The notes: a model not told the origin generated them from the sequence alone. A DNA stretch of 64,000 nt from Candidatus Moraniibacteriota bacterium (GCA_035390125.1 DAOOTD010000002.1:41908-105907); one strand, 5' to 3'. Counted from the first letter of the stretch, positions 31,390 to 41,040 are shown. Numbers and translations are program-made.

Positions 31390-32373
31390 TTAATTAGCAC
31401 TTATTTCTTTATAGTATGATTGAAAATCATTTTTAAAAAAATCAGCAAATAGGTCTAAATAGGCAGTTGCTTTGTTTGCAATGACTAGCTTTCCCATTGG
31501 GTCGTTTGAACTCAAAGAATAGTCTTTTAATGTCAAAACGCCCTTGATAAGCCTTAAAAATTTTACATGTAAATCAACCATGGTCTCTGGAACCTGGACA
31601 CTACTGACTTGATTTGAAAACGCTTCTAATCTATTACCAAGATCAGAAAAATAGGAGATATTTTCTTTTGAATTTCCAACATCAGCTACCTTTGAAAGGA
31701 AATCTTCTTGAAATGCAGTAAAATCATCTTTTGTTAAAATTTGAACAGGAAGATTATTGGCCATTAGATATAATACCTGATTCAAATATCTTGCGGAGTC
31801 TTCAGCTTCTCTCTTTTTCCTGTCTGCATCACTGAGTGATGAATAATTTTGTTTCAGTATGTTGAGTTGTGTTTCATCAACAAAAGGTAACGTATCCCAA
31901 GTTATAGAATCTCCCATATTTTTAGCAATTTGTTCATCGGCAAAATTGCGCAAATCGGTTACTGAAACATTCTGGCCTTCTTTCGAGGAAACAAATGCAC
32001 TTAAGTTTTGCAAATATTCATCTGTGAGTGTTGAACTGTTGCTAACTGAAGATGTGCTTTTTGAAGAAGCATCAGAAGTCTTTATTCCAGTTTCAATTTT
32101 ATCTCCCGGGGCCGGCTTAAGAGGATCATATCCGCTTTGGACTTCAATGCCATCCGAATAGCTATCATTATCGGTGTCATTTTTGTTAATGTCTGTTCCG
32201 TATAAATTTTCTTCTGTGTTTGTAAGTCCGTCACAATCAGAATCAATATTTTTATCACAAGAATTTGAGTCTGAATCAATATTTTCTGCATATGTAAAAT
32301 AATTGAAACTTGCAAAAAAAATACAAACCATGATTAGGAATAATTTTTTAAGAGTGTTTATTTTTATATACAT
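31390..32373 (-). CDS. hypothetical secreted protein with Asp-rich (TSP3-like) calcium-binding-type repeats
   Basis: Signal peptide, then DSDCDGLTNTEEN...DTDNDSYSDGIE repeats. Confidence 0.5.
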   Translation of the reverse strand: MYIKINTLKKLFLIMVCIFFASFNYFTYAENIDSDSNSCDKNIDSDCDGLTNTEENLYGTDINKNDTDNDSYSDGIEVQSGYDPLKPAPGDKIETGIKTSDASSKSTSSVSNSSTLTDEYLQNLSAFVSSKEGQNVSVTDLRNFADEQIAKNMGDSITWDTLPFVDETQLNILKQNYSSLSDADRKKREAEDSARYLNQVLYLMANNLPVQILTKDDFTAFQEDFLSKVADVGNSKENISYFSDLGNRLEAFSNQVSSVQVPETMVDLHVKFLRLIKGVLTLKDYSLSSNDPMGKLVIANKATAYLDLFADFFKNDFQSYYKEISAN

Positions 32374-32651
32374 AACATTTATTATTTTATGTCGTAATTA
32401 TACTATTATTTTTAAAAGCAGTAAAGTATCCTATTTAAAAAATTTAATATATTTCAAAAATATGTTTTTAGGATAAAAATAAAAACGTAATGCACAATTA
32501 ATACACCACGCGTGAAATCTATAATAAATAAAAAATTTATATTTTTTATTATCAGAATTAAATAATTTTAATTTTTAAAAAACATACTAAACAATTAAAA
32601 AAAGAGTACAGCCATTTTTATATTAAGACATAATATATTTATATTGTCAAG

Positions 32652-34265
32652 TTAAATAAAGCTCTTCTTGTTACTTAAAATAAATCCAAATATAAGCCAC
32701 AACAGTATTTGCCCCTGTTGGATATCCCAAAAGTAATGATCGAAAAGCATTATAAAAAGAAATGAAACAAGTACCGCCCTAAAATGATAATTTTCTAAGG
32801 TATTTATTTGTATATTTTTTTCAATAGACTCATTATTTTTAAAGTTACTTAAATTGTTCCACGTGGAACAAATGTCAATTTTTTCACCGAATAGCTTAAA
32901 CAAAAAGATTAAAAAAAGAAAAAGCATCAATATACCAAAATCATTTAATAAAAGCAAAAAAACATTATGGACGGGCTGAAATTGCCATATTTGTACATCT
33001 TTTATTTTTTCTATGTAAGCAATAAATTGTCCACTACCTAATCCTAGAATTGGGTTTAGAGCAAAAATTTGGCTTGAAATACTTGTATAAAATCCTCTTT
33101 CTTGAAGGCTTTTATAAAATATTGAATTCAGATCTGTATTTAGTAGAAAAAATAGAAAGAAAAATATACATAAAATCAAGAAAAATTTTTTAATAAAGAC
33201 TATTTTATTAAAAAAAATGAAATTGTTCCACGTGGAACAATTTTTTTTACAGAGGTAAATAAAAGCTATTATAAGACCTAAGATTGCGGATTTTGAAAAT
33301 GTTAAAAAAATGGCTAAAAACTGAATTAATATAATGAAAAAAAATATAAATGTTTCACGTGGAACATTTATATTAAAAACATTAATAAATAACATTTTTT
33401 CAGGTGCTTTTTTAAGCCTTGAAAATTGTTCCACGCGGAACAATTTAAAATATAGTATAGATATGATTATAGAAAAAACTAAAAAACCTCCAAGTATATT
33501 TGGATGAGGAAAAAGACCGTAAGCTCTCAGGTATGTTGATCCATTTATGATAATTTTAGCGACTCCTGTTAATTGAGTTGAAATAATGCTTTCTTTCAGC
33601 CATATTAAACCTAGGGATTGTTGGCTTAAAATCTGAATTATTCCGATAATTGATTGTAATATACCTATTCCTATAATTATCTTAAAAATTATTCTAAGCC
33701 TATATAAATGTTCCACGTGGAACATTTTGCTTATATAAATAAAAAGTAGAACAAATTCGAGAATTTTTAATGATCTAAATAGAGCAATTTGGTGACTTTC
33801 TGACCATAGGATAGATATAAAAGAAAAAATAACTAAAAATAAAGGAAAAAATAATAGTAAGTTGTGATTAAATTGTTGATAAAGGTTTTTTAAACATGAA
33901 AAAAGATTATTAAATGTTTTTTTATTTAATATTTTGTTGTAATTGTTCCACGTGGAACAATTTATTTTTAGAGTAGAAAAAGCTGTCAATATTGACAGAA
34001 TACTATTTTTATTGCATAATATTAAAAACCAAGTAAATAATGTCAGAAAAAGGAATATGTCAGACAAGTATATGTATACTCCCATATATTCATTAAATAC
34101 ACCTTTTACAGGATAATAGAAAAGCACTTTTCTTATGGATAATGTGCTTGTGGCAAGAAAAGCACAAAAAAACCAAAAATCTGGTTTTTTTCTAAAAGAG
34201 ATTAAAGTTTTTCTGATTAAATCAGTCATATTCTTATTATAATGTATTTTTAGCAAAAAAAACAT
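32652..34265 (-). CDS. Wzy_C/O-antigen-ligase-like polytopic membrane protein carrying six in-frame palindrome insertions
   Basis: 537-aa ORF open in AT-rich DNA with many TM helices and a Wzy_C-like segment (FPHPNILGGFLVFSI). Palindrome copies translate as CSTWNN (three times), NVPRETF, LFRVEQF and MFHVEHL. Confidence 0.55.
   Translation of the reverse strand: MFFLLKIHYNKNMTDLIRKTLISFRKKPDFWFFCAFLATSTLSIRKVLFYYPVKGVFNEYMGVYIYLSDIFLFLTLFTWFLILCNKNSILSILTAFSTLKINCSTWNNYNKILNKKTFNNLFSCLKNLYQQFNHNLLLFFPLFLVIFSFISILWSESHQIALFRSLKILEFVLLFIYISKMFHVEHLYRLRIIFKIIIGIGILQSIIGIIQILSQQSLGLIWLKESIISTQLTGVAKIIINGSTYLRAYGLFPHPNILGGFLVFSIIISILYFKLFRVEQFSRLKKAPEKMLFINVFNINVPRETFIFFFIILIQFLAIFLTFSKSAILGLIIAFIYLCKKNCSTWNNFIFFNKIVFIKKFFLILCIFFFLFFLLNTDLNSIFYKSLQERGFYTSISSQIFALNPILGLGSGQFIAYIEKIKDVQIWQFQPVHNVFLLLLNDFGILMLFLFLIFLFKLFGEKIDICSTWNNLSNFKNNESIEKNIQINTLENYHFRAVLVSFLFIMLFDHYFWDIQQGQILLWLIFGFILSNKKSFI
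32854..33960. repeat. array of six copies of an 18-22 bp perfect palindrome (AA)TTGTTCCACGTGGAACAA(TT)
   Basis: Copies at 32854, 33223, 33351 (variant), 33427 (CACGCG variant), 33709 and 33943. All lie inside one ORF and occupy three different reading frames. Confidence 0.9.
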
Positions 34266-34316
34266 TGACCTATTTTTTATGGTTGTTATGATAGAAAGAG
34301 CTCAAGTTTGAAACAC

Positions 34317-34387
34317 GGGCCTATAGTAAAATGGTATTACGCGTCCATGGCATGGATGAAGCTGGAGTTCAATTCTCCATAGGTCCA
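34317..34387 (+). tRNA. tRNA-Ala (anticodon GGC)
   Basis: Acceptor gggccta/taggtcc, anticodon loop atGGCat, T-arm tggagttcaattctcca. Confidence 0.75.
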
Positions 34388-34415
34388 CAGAATAAAAAAT
34401 TAAAAATTAAATCAA

Positions 34416-34487
34416 GCCCCCATAGCTCAACGGATAGAGCGGATCCGTCCTAAGGATACGATGTGTGTTCAATTCATGCTGGGGGCA
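34416..34487 (+). tRNA. tRNA-Arg (anticodon CCU)
   Basis: Acceptor gccccca/tgggggc, D-arm gctc...gagc, anticodon loop gtCCTaa, T-loop ttcaatt. Confidence 0.7.
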
Positions 34488-34497
34488 CAAAAGCTAA

Positions 34498-35946
34498 ATG
34501 ATAAAAAAAATTCCAAAATCAATAATCAATGTTTTGGATAAAATAGAAAAAGCTGGATTCGAAGCTTATATTGTTGGGGGTTCCGTGCGTGATTTATTGA
34601 TGAAACGTGAAGTCAGGGATTGGGATATAACAACCAATGCTAAGCCTAGAGATATTTTAGAAATTTTTACGGAAAGTTTTTATGAAAATGATTTTGGGAC
34701 GGTGGGAGTGAAAATAAAAGAAAAAGGAATAACAAAAAATATTGTAGAAATAACAACTTATCGTACCGAATCACAATATTCAGACAAAAGACATCCAGAC
34801 AAAATAAAATTCGCCAAAACCATAGAAGAAGATTTGAGTCGCAGGGATTTTACCATGAATGCTTTAGCTGCAAGAGTCAAAAAAAATAGTTTTGAAGTGG
34901 TTGATCTCTTTAATGGACAAAATGATATTAAAAATAAAATCATTCGTGCAGTGGGAGATGCTGAAAGCAGATTTTCTGAAGATGCTCTCCGCATGATGCG
35001 TGCAGTTCGTTTCCAAGCTGAATTGGGCTTTTCTATTGAAGAAAAAACTTTAGAGGCCATTAAAAAAAATGCACAGCTTATCAAGTTGGTTGCTTTGGAA
35101 AGGATTAAAGATGAATTAACCCGCATAATCATTTCAGAAAATCCTGCAGGAGGAATTGATGCTATGCAAAAAACTGGTCTGCTTTCTTATATAATGCCGG
35201 AGCTTGAGAAAGGAATCGGGGTAGCTCAAAACAGGCATCATATACATACTATATACAAGCACAGCCTTTTAGCTCTCAAATATTGCCCATCAAAAAATGT
35301 AAGTGTAAGATTGGCGGCGCTTCTGCATGACATCGCAAAACCACAGACAAAAAGAGGTGAGGGCACATATGCAACATTTTATAACCATGATCATGTGGGC
35401 GCATGTGTGGCGGAAAAAATTCTTTCTAGACTAAGATTTTCAAAAGAAATCATAGAAAAGGTGAAACTGCTTGTGGATAATCATATGTTTTATTACAATC
35501 CCGACGAGGTTGGTGAAAGTAGCGTAAGAAAGCTTATAAAAAAAGTCGGGTTGGAAAACATTAAAGACTTGATCGAACTTAGAATCGCTGATCGCCTGGG
35601 AAGTGGAACTCCGAAAGCAAAACCTTATAAACTGAGGCATTTGGAATATATGATAGATAGGGTTTCGCACGATGCGGTTTCAGTCAAAATGCTTAAAATA
35701 AATGGCAATGATCTTATAAAAAAAATAAAAATTAAACCTGGTCCTAAAATAGGCGCTATCCTAGACGTTCTTTTAGCTGAAGTTATTGAAAATCCTGAAA
35801 AAAATGAAAAAAAACATCTCCTCGCTTTAGCCGAAGAATTGAGTAAAAAAGACCTGACAAATCTTCGTGAAATGGCGCAGGAAAAAATAGAAGATAGAAA
35901 AGAAGAAAATGACAAAGAGATAAAAAATAAATATTGGGTAAAATAA
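34498..35946 (+). CDS. cca: CCA-adding tRNA nucleotidyltransferase with HD domain
   Basis: Pol-beta NTase head (YIVGGSVRDLLMKREVRDWDITT) and HD motif (LLHDIAKP). Immediately follows two tRNA genes. Confidence 0.85.
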   Translation: MIKKIPKSIINVLDKIEKAGFEAYIVGGSVRDLLMKREVRDWDITTNAKPRDILEIFTESFYENDFGTVGVKIKEKGITKNIVEITTYRTESQYSDKRHPDKIKFAKTIEEDLSRRDFTMNALAARVKKNSFEVVDLFNGQNDIKNKIIRAVGDAESRFSEDALRMMRAVRFQAELGFSIEEKTLEAIKKNAQLIKLVALERIKDELTRIIISENPAGGIDAMQKTGLLSYIMPELEKGIGVAQNRHHIHTIYKHSLLALKYCPSKNVSVRLAALLHDIAKPQTKRGEGTYATFYNHDHVGACVAEKILSRLRFSKEIIEKVKLLVDNHMFYYNPDEVGESSVRKLIKKVGLENIKDLIELRIADRLGSGTPKAKPYKLRHLEYMIDRVSHDAVSVKMLKINGNDLIKKIKIKPGPKIGAILDVLLAEVIENPEKNEKKHLLALAEELSKKDLTNLREMAQEKIEDRKEENDKEIKNKYWVK

Positions 35947-36965
35947 TTATGCAAATCAATAGAAAAAGCAAGATAATTTTTTGTTGGGCATTATTTTTTA
36001 TTATTGTTTTTCTGGTTGTTTTCAAAGATCAAATGATTTTAAAAACTCATGCTTATTTTTCAATTAGGAAAAGCTTGTCTTATATTTTTTCTCAGCAATC
36101 GGAAAACGGAGAATTTAAAACATATGCCTGCAAGAACGAAAACATGGATGAATGTATTTTAGATTCCACATCTTATAATGTTTCCATGGTGATTAATTCA
36201 ATACAAAATATAAAAATAAAAAAGTCAAAGAAGAATATAATTTTAAAAAAGGGAGCCAATTTTTTATTAAAGAGCCAGGAAAAAAATGGAGCATGGCATT
36301 ATTGGACAAGTAAAGTTTTAAAAGGATTTATAATACCGCCGGACGTCGATGATACAGTAAATGCTTCTTATGCTTTGCTTAAAAATAATATCAAATTTAT
36401 CGACAATAAAGATTTGATAGAAAAAAATAGAGACGAAAGAGGACTTTTCTATACTTACATAAGAGAAAAACACACCGGATTTGACCCGGATATTGATTGT
36501 GTCGTAAATATAAGCGCACTGCTGTATTTGCAGAGCAATGATCCGAGGATATGTTCATATATAAATGAATCAATACGTTCTGAAAATAAGTGTTCCCCGT
36601 ATTATTATCCGGATAGACTGGGGATGTACTATTTTTTATCCAGGGCATATACAAACGGCATAACATGTCTAGGAGATGAAAAAAATATTATTATTTCTTC
36701 CATATTGAAAAAGCAAAATAAAGATGGATCTTTTGGTAATGATTTGCAAAATGGATTAGCAATCAACGCTCTTTTGGATATGGGCTATTCTGGTCCGGAA
36801 ATAAAAAAAGGAATTTCATTGATAATAAAAAATCAGAAAGAAGATGGTTCCTGGGAAAATGAAAGTTTTTGGATGGGTATGCAACCATATCAACACAACG
36901 GATCACCCGTATTAACAACAGCTATAAATAGTGAAGCGCTAAATAAATATTTGTTTAAATTATAG
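35934..36965 (+). CDS. alpha/alpha-toroid repeat protein (prenyltransferase / terpene-cyclase-like), N-terminally anchored
   Basis: Repeated Q/K-x-x-DGS/W motifs (KNGAWHYW, KDGSFGN, EDGSWEN) typical of squalene-cyclase/prenyltransferase beta-subunit repeats. Confidence 0.5.
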   Translation: MGKIIMQINRKSKIIFCWALFFIIVFLVVFKDQMILKTHAYFSIRKSLSYIFSQQSENGEFKTYACKNENMDECILDSTSYNVSMVINSIQNIKIKKSKKNIILKKGANFLLKSQEKNGAWHYWTSKVLKGFIIPPDVDDTVNASYALLKNNIKFIDNKDLIEKNRDERGLFYTYIREKHTGFDPDIDCVVNISALLYLQSNDPRICSYINESIRSENKCSPYYYPDRLGMYYFLSRAYTNGITCLGDEKNIIISSILKKQNKDGSFGNDLQNGLAINALLDMGYSGPEIKKGISLIIKNQKEDGSWENESFWMGMQPYQHNGSPVLTTAINSEALNKYLFKL

Positions 36966-38690
36966 CGAAGAAACAAACAAAAGAAGCAGATATAAAAATA
37001 TAGATAGAAATATATATTTTTCCTGGTATATTTTTTTAATAAATAGATAAAATAAGAACGAGGCTATTAAAATAGAAAAAAACAACATTGAGTACATCTT
37101 TAATATAATAGGTATAGTAATAATAACGATAGCACATAAAGTTGCAATTATGTATTTCGCATTTTTAAGCCCAAAAACAACCGGAATAGTTTTTATGTTT
37201 TCATAACTATCTCCTTCAAAATCTTTTATATCTTTAAGGTTTGAAACAAGAGCATAAGAAATTCCCAGGATGACGATAGCTTTTATAGGAAAAACGAAAA
37301 AAGATTGATTCGGGGAAACTAGGAAAAATCCCGACATTGCAACTGAAATAGTAGCAAAACCAATCAAAATAGAAGAAAACAAGAAATGCTTCTTTAGTCT
37401 TAATGGCTTGGCGGAATAAATATAGTAGGGGGCTTGCGCTAAAAGAAGCAAAAAAGCGGTGGCATTATTCAAGGTGGCCAGACCAAAGGCGATAAAGATG
37501 CAAAGAACAACTTGGGCTGTATGCCATTCTTGTTCTGAGAATTCTTTTTTTACAAGAGGTCTTTCAGGATTTGATATTTTGTCGATCTCGATGTCTTCCG
37601 CATCATTGATAAAAACAGCCAGCCAGATATTCAAAGCAATCAATGAAAAAAACAATAATAAGGAAATAAAATTTACGGGATTTTGCAAATTAATACTTCC
37701 GAACATTTTTTGGTTTATAATAATTCCAATGGTTGCAATAATAAACCAGTATGCAATTCTTTCTATGCGCAAGTTTTTTTTGAAAGAACTCCAAAGGCGC
37801 TTATTGGTTATAAATAGTATTATTATTATTTCAATGAATATATATATCCAAAAGAAACGTGCGATTGCAATCTCATTCCAAAAATTTAATGTAGTCGGAG
37901 TTATCAAAAAACTGTCCAGATTATTAGAAATATTTTCAAATGAATTGGTTATCCAGCTGTCTTTTAAAATAAAAGCATAGGAAGATATGGCAGACTGGTC
38001 ATGAATAAAATTTTTATTTCCGAAAAAAGAAATTATGCTTGGAATCACAGCATCAACAAAAAGGATTGCATAACCTGCTATTATTGAAAATAAAGATTTT
38101 GAAACACTTCTTGTTTTTTTATAAATAAAAATAGCTAAGGATATAAAAATGGCATAAGCCCCAATATGCTGACCAAGTGTTATTCCTTGTCCGCTGAAAG
38201 GATTCATTATTTTAAAAAAGGTTACTAAAATTTCATTTGTTTCGGTAACTAAATAAATTGGCGGACTAGTCTTGCCTATTGTAAAAACGAGATCAGTCAG
38301 TGGTACTAACAAAATAAACAGAAATACTTTTGTTAAAAAATTTAAAACATCTTTGAAGGATATTTTTGTAAGGAGATAAACTAAAATTGAGAGTGCAAGA
38401 AAAACAGAAAAATAATATAAAGAAGCATGGACAGCTCTTTCATAAGGCAGAAAATAATTACCTGTACTTTGGTAAGCTAATTTATCCAGGGGCATTCTTA
38501 TGCCGATTATGCAGAAAACGGTAAATATGACCTTAAGTAAAGAAAAATCACTGTCGTTTTCAGATGCTTCATTATTTGAATTTGACATATGTTTCGAAAG
38601 GTTTATCTTAAGAGTAATACAAAATCTTAATATTATTATGAGGCTAAAATTCGAAAATATCAAGGAAAATTCAGCTATGCTAATGCGCAA
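36960..38690 (-). CDS. polytopic membrane protein with C-terminal UbiA-family prenyltransferase domain
   Basis: Asp-rich motifs NDAEDIEID and KDIKDFEGD in the UbiA spacing. About 16 TM helices. Confidence 0.6.
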   Translation of the reverse strand: MRISIAEFSLIFSNFSLIIILRFCITLKINLSKHMSNSNNEASENDSDFSLLKVIFTVFCIIGIRMPLDKLAYQSTGNYFLPYERAVHASLYYFSVFLALSILVYLLTKISFKDVLNFLTKVFLFILLVPLTDLVFTIGKTSPPIYLVTETNEILVTFFKIMNPFSGQGITLGQHIGAYAIFISLAIFIYKKTRSVSKSLFSIIAGYAILFVDAVIPSIISFFGNKNFIHDQSAISSYAFILKDSWITNSFENISNNLDSFLITPTTLNFWNEIAIARFFWIYIFIEIIIILFITNKRLWSSFKKNLRIERIAYWFIIATIGIIINQKMFGSINLQNPVNFISLLLFFSLIALNIWLAVFINDAEDIEIDKISNPERPLVKKEFSEQEWHTAQVVLCIFIAFGLATLNNATAFLLLLAQAPYYIYSAKPLRLKKHFLFSSILIGFATISVAMSGFFLVSPNQSFFVFPIKAIVILGISYALVSNLKDIKDFEGDSYENIKTIPVVFGLKNAKYIIATLCAIVIITIPIILKMYSMLFFSILIASFLFYLFIKKIYQEKYIFLSIFLYLLLLFVSSL

Positions 38691-38934
38691 GGCAGGATAT
38701 ATTTTTCAGCATAAGGAAGGGGCAAAGATGAGTTTTATTAAGCCTCTTGCCAGAAGTGGTTATCCTCGTTTCCATGCATATATTGAAGTCGATGGTGCTA
38801 ACCTGATTCTGAATTTGCATTTAGATCAGAAAAAAGTGACTTATGGAAGAGCAACGAGGCATCATGGTGAGTATGAAGACAGCGATTTAGTAAAAAACGA
38901 AGCAGAAAGAATAAAAAAGACAGCGAATCCATAA
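38677..38934 (+). CDS. hypothetical small protein
   Basis: Open frame with internal ATG at 38677 (MLMRKAGYIFQHKEGAK...HHGEY). Start uncertain because it overlaps the start of the divergent UbiA gene. Confidence 0.3.
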   Translation: MLMRKAGYIFQHKEGAKMSFIKPLARSGYPRFHAYIEVDGANLILNLHLDQKKVTYGRATRHHGEYEDSDLVKNEAERIKKTANP

Positions 38935-38972
38935 TTGACTTAATGGAATAATTTGGATAGAATCTTATTTAT

Positions 38973-39056
38973 GCCGCGGTGGTGGAATTGGTATACACGC
39001 CAGTCTTAGGAACTGGTAGAGCAATCTGTGCGAGTTCGAGTCTCGCTCGCGGCACC
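38973..39056 (+). tRNA. tRNA-Leu (anticodon UAG), type II
   Basis: D-arm ggtggaattggtatacac, anticodon loop ctTAGga, long variable arm, T-arm gcgagttcgagtctcgc. Confidence 0.85.
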
Positions 39057-39094
39057 GGCTTAAAATTAAATAAAATTTTTTAAAGGAGGTTAAT

Positions 39095-39274
39095 GTGGCC
39101 AGAAGAGAAGATATTTGCAAGTTTTGTGGTCATCCAAAGGAGGATCACACATCGAAGCTTTTTCATGAATACAAGTTAAAGTACAAGGATACTGAAAAGG
39201 CTTGGAAAGTGCTAAAGGAAATTCACCCCAAACTTCTAAAATGTTTTGGTTTCAAACCAGCTGATAAGAATTAA
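39095..39274 (+). CDS. small (59 aa) Cys/His-containing protein absent from the ORF track
   Basis: GTG start 5 nt after a consensus AGGAGG. Product MARREDICKFCGHPKEDHTSKLFHEYKLKYKDTEKAWKVLKEIHPKLLKCFGFKPADKN. Followed by a hairpin terminator. Confidence 0.45.
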   Translation: MARREDICKFCGHPKEDHTSKLFHEYKLKYKDTEKAWKVLKEIHPKLLKCFGFKPADKN

Positions 39275-39287
39275 CAATAAGCCAAAA

Positions 39288-39325
39288 GAAGAGAGTGTGC
39301 TTATTTTTCGCACTCTCTTTATCTA
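39288..39325 (+). terminator. hairpin terminator
   Basis: agagagtgtgc ttatttttc gcactctct. Confidence 0.5.
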
Positions 39326-39341
39326 ATTTTTTATTCTAAAT

Positions 39342-40271
39342 ATGCAAAATATAGTAGTTAAAAAAAAATTTGCAGATATCCGATTAGACAAATTCCTTTC
39401 CAAGGAATTTTTTTCGCATACTCGCGGAGAAATTATTAAAAAAATAAAAGAGGAAAAAATTTCAGTTAATGGTAAAAAAACAAAACCTAGCTATATTCTC
39501 AAGGAAAATGATATTGTCGGATTGAAAAATTTTTCAAAGGAAGGTGCTGATAAAAAACTTATTAAAAATAGCAAAATTCCTTTGGAAATAATATTTGAAA
39601 ACAGTGATATTGTCGTTATCAATAAACAAGCAGGAATACAGGTTCACCCAAGTCACAATGAAAAAATAAACACTATAGCTAACGCACTTTTGGCACATTT
39701 TCCTGAGATTGCCAAGGTTCATGACGATTCTGTTGGTGGTGAGTCTCGACCTGGCATAGTACACAGGCTCGACAAAGATACTTCCGGGGTTATGGTAATT
39801 GCACGCAATAAAAAAACATTCAATGAATTGAAAAAAAAATTTAAAGACAGAAGCATTTCCAAAAAATATGTTGCAATTTGTGAAGGAATTTTTGAAAAAA
39901 AGCAGGGAGTCATAAAAAAACCCATCGCACGCTCTTCGAATTACCGCAAACAGATTATCGCCAAAAAAAATACGAAAACAAAAATAAGGCCTGCCGAAAC
40001 AGAATATAAAGTCATAAAGGAATCAAAGGAATATTCTTTTGTTGAGGTGGTTCCAAAAACGGGCAGGATGCATCAGATCAGGCTTCATCTTGCTTCGATG
40101 GGTCATCCAGTAGTGGGAGATTTATTGTATAAAAATAGGGGAGATAAAGACAAAGCAAAACGGCAACTTCTGCATGCTGAAAAATTGGAATTTGAAATTT
40201 TTAATAAAAAATATACTTTTTTAGTTCCATTGCCACAAGATTTCATCGATTTTTTGGCTAATATTGACTAA
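39342..40271 (+). CDS. RluA-family pseudouridine synthase (RluD-like, S4 + catalytic domain)
   Basis: Catalytic motif HRLDKDTSGVMVIA. N-terminal S4-like segment. Confidence 0.85.
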   Translation: MQNIVVKKKFADIRLDKFLSKEFFSHTRGEIIKKIKEEKISVNGKKTKPSYILKENDIVGLKNFSKEGADKKLIKNSKIPLEIIFENSDIVVINKQAGIQVHPSHNEKINTIANALLAHFPEIAKVHDDSVGGESRPGIVHRLDKDTSGVMVIARNKKTFNELKKKFKDRSISKKYVAICEGIFEKKQGVIKKPIARSSNYRKQIIAKKNTKTKIRPAETEYKVIKESKEYSFVEVVPKTGRMHQIRLHLASMGHPVVGDLLYKNRGDKDKAKRQLLHAEKLEFEIFNKKYTFLVPLPQDFIDFLANID

Positions 40272-40383
40272 ACTTTATTTTTTTATTATTATAAAATAGC
40301 TTTTTAATTTACATTTAACTTATTTTCCGATGCCTCCTGAGGGCTGTTTTAGCAGTATGCTCATGTCGGATTGGGATTAAAAT

Positions 40384-40842
40384 ATGAACAAGAAATTATT
40401 GGAATTCAACATGTTACAAAAAACTTCAAAAATGCCAGTTTTTAGAGCTGGTGATGTGGTTAAGGTTTATCGAAAAATTGTTGAAGGCGGGAAAGAAAGA
40501 TCTCAGGTTTTTGAGGGTATGATCATTGCAGTTAAAGGTAACCAAAGCTCATCTACAATGATAACTGTGCGTAAAGTATCAAACGGGGTTGGAGTAGAAA
40601 TTATCGTACCTATCCAGTCACCAAATATTGAGAAAATAGTCCTTGTAAAAAGAGCCAAAGTCCGTCAAGGAAAACTATATTTTATTCGTGAAAAAAGCGC
40701 CAAGTCTTTAAAAATGAAATATAAAGATTTAGCTGCTGTGGCCAAGGTTGAAGAAGAGATTGTCCCGGAGGTTCAAGTAGAAACTAAAACTGAAACAGTA
40801 GAAAATACCGAAAATAAAGCTGAAGAAAAAAAGGAAAACTAA
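40384..40842 (+). CDS. rplS: 50S ribosomal protein L19 with C-terminal extension
   Basis: FRAGDVVKVYRKIVEGGKERSQVFEGMIIAVKG...ITVRKVSNGVGVE matches the L19 core. Confidence 0.85.
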   Translation: MNKKLLEFNMLQKTSKMPVFRAGDVVKVYRKIVEGGKERSQVFEGMIIAVKGNQSSSTMITVRKVSNGVGVEIIVPIQSPNIEKIVLVKRAKVRQGKLYFIREKSAKSLKMKYKDLAAVAKVEEEIVPEVQVETKTETVENTENKAEEKKEN

Positions 40843-40856
40843 TTATATTTTCTTTT

Positions 40857-40937
40857 GGGGATATGGTGGAATTGGTATACACACACGTTTGAGGGGCGTG
40901 ACCGAAAGGTGTGAGGGTTCGAGTCCCTCTATCCCCA
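40857..40937 (+). tRNA. tRNA-Leu (anticodon GAG), type II
   Basis: Acceptor ggggata/tatcccc, same D-arm as the other Leu genes, anticodon loop ttGAGgg, T-arm gagggttcgagtccctc. Confidence 0.85.
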
Positions 40938-40946
40938 CGTGTTCAA

Positions 40947-41025
40947 AAGGATGTTTAGCTCAGTTGGCTAGAGCACTTCTCTTACAAAGAAGGGGTCACT
41001 GGTTCGAGTCCAGTAACATCCACCA
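40947..41025 (+). tRNA. tRNA-Val (anticodon UAC), CCA encoded
   Basis: Acceptor ggatgtt/aacatcc + a + cca. Anticodon stem-loop cttct-ctTACaa-agaag. Confidence 0.85.
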
Positions 41026-41040
41026 TGCAAAAAAGATAGA

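Noticed and set aside
38500-38676. Long version of ORF 38500-38934.
   Set aside because: Its first 59 codons overlap the start of the divergent UbiA-domain gene and have no RBS. Only the distal part from ATG 38677 is retained, at low confidence.
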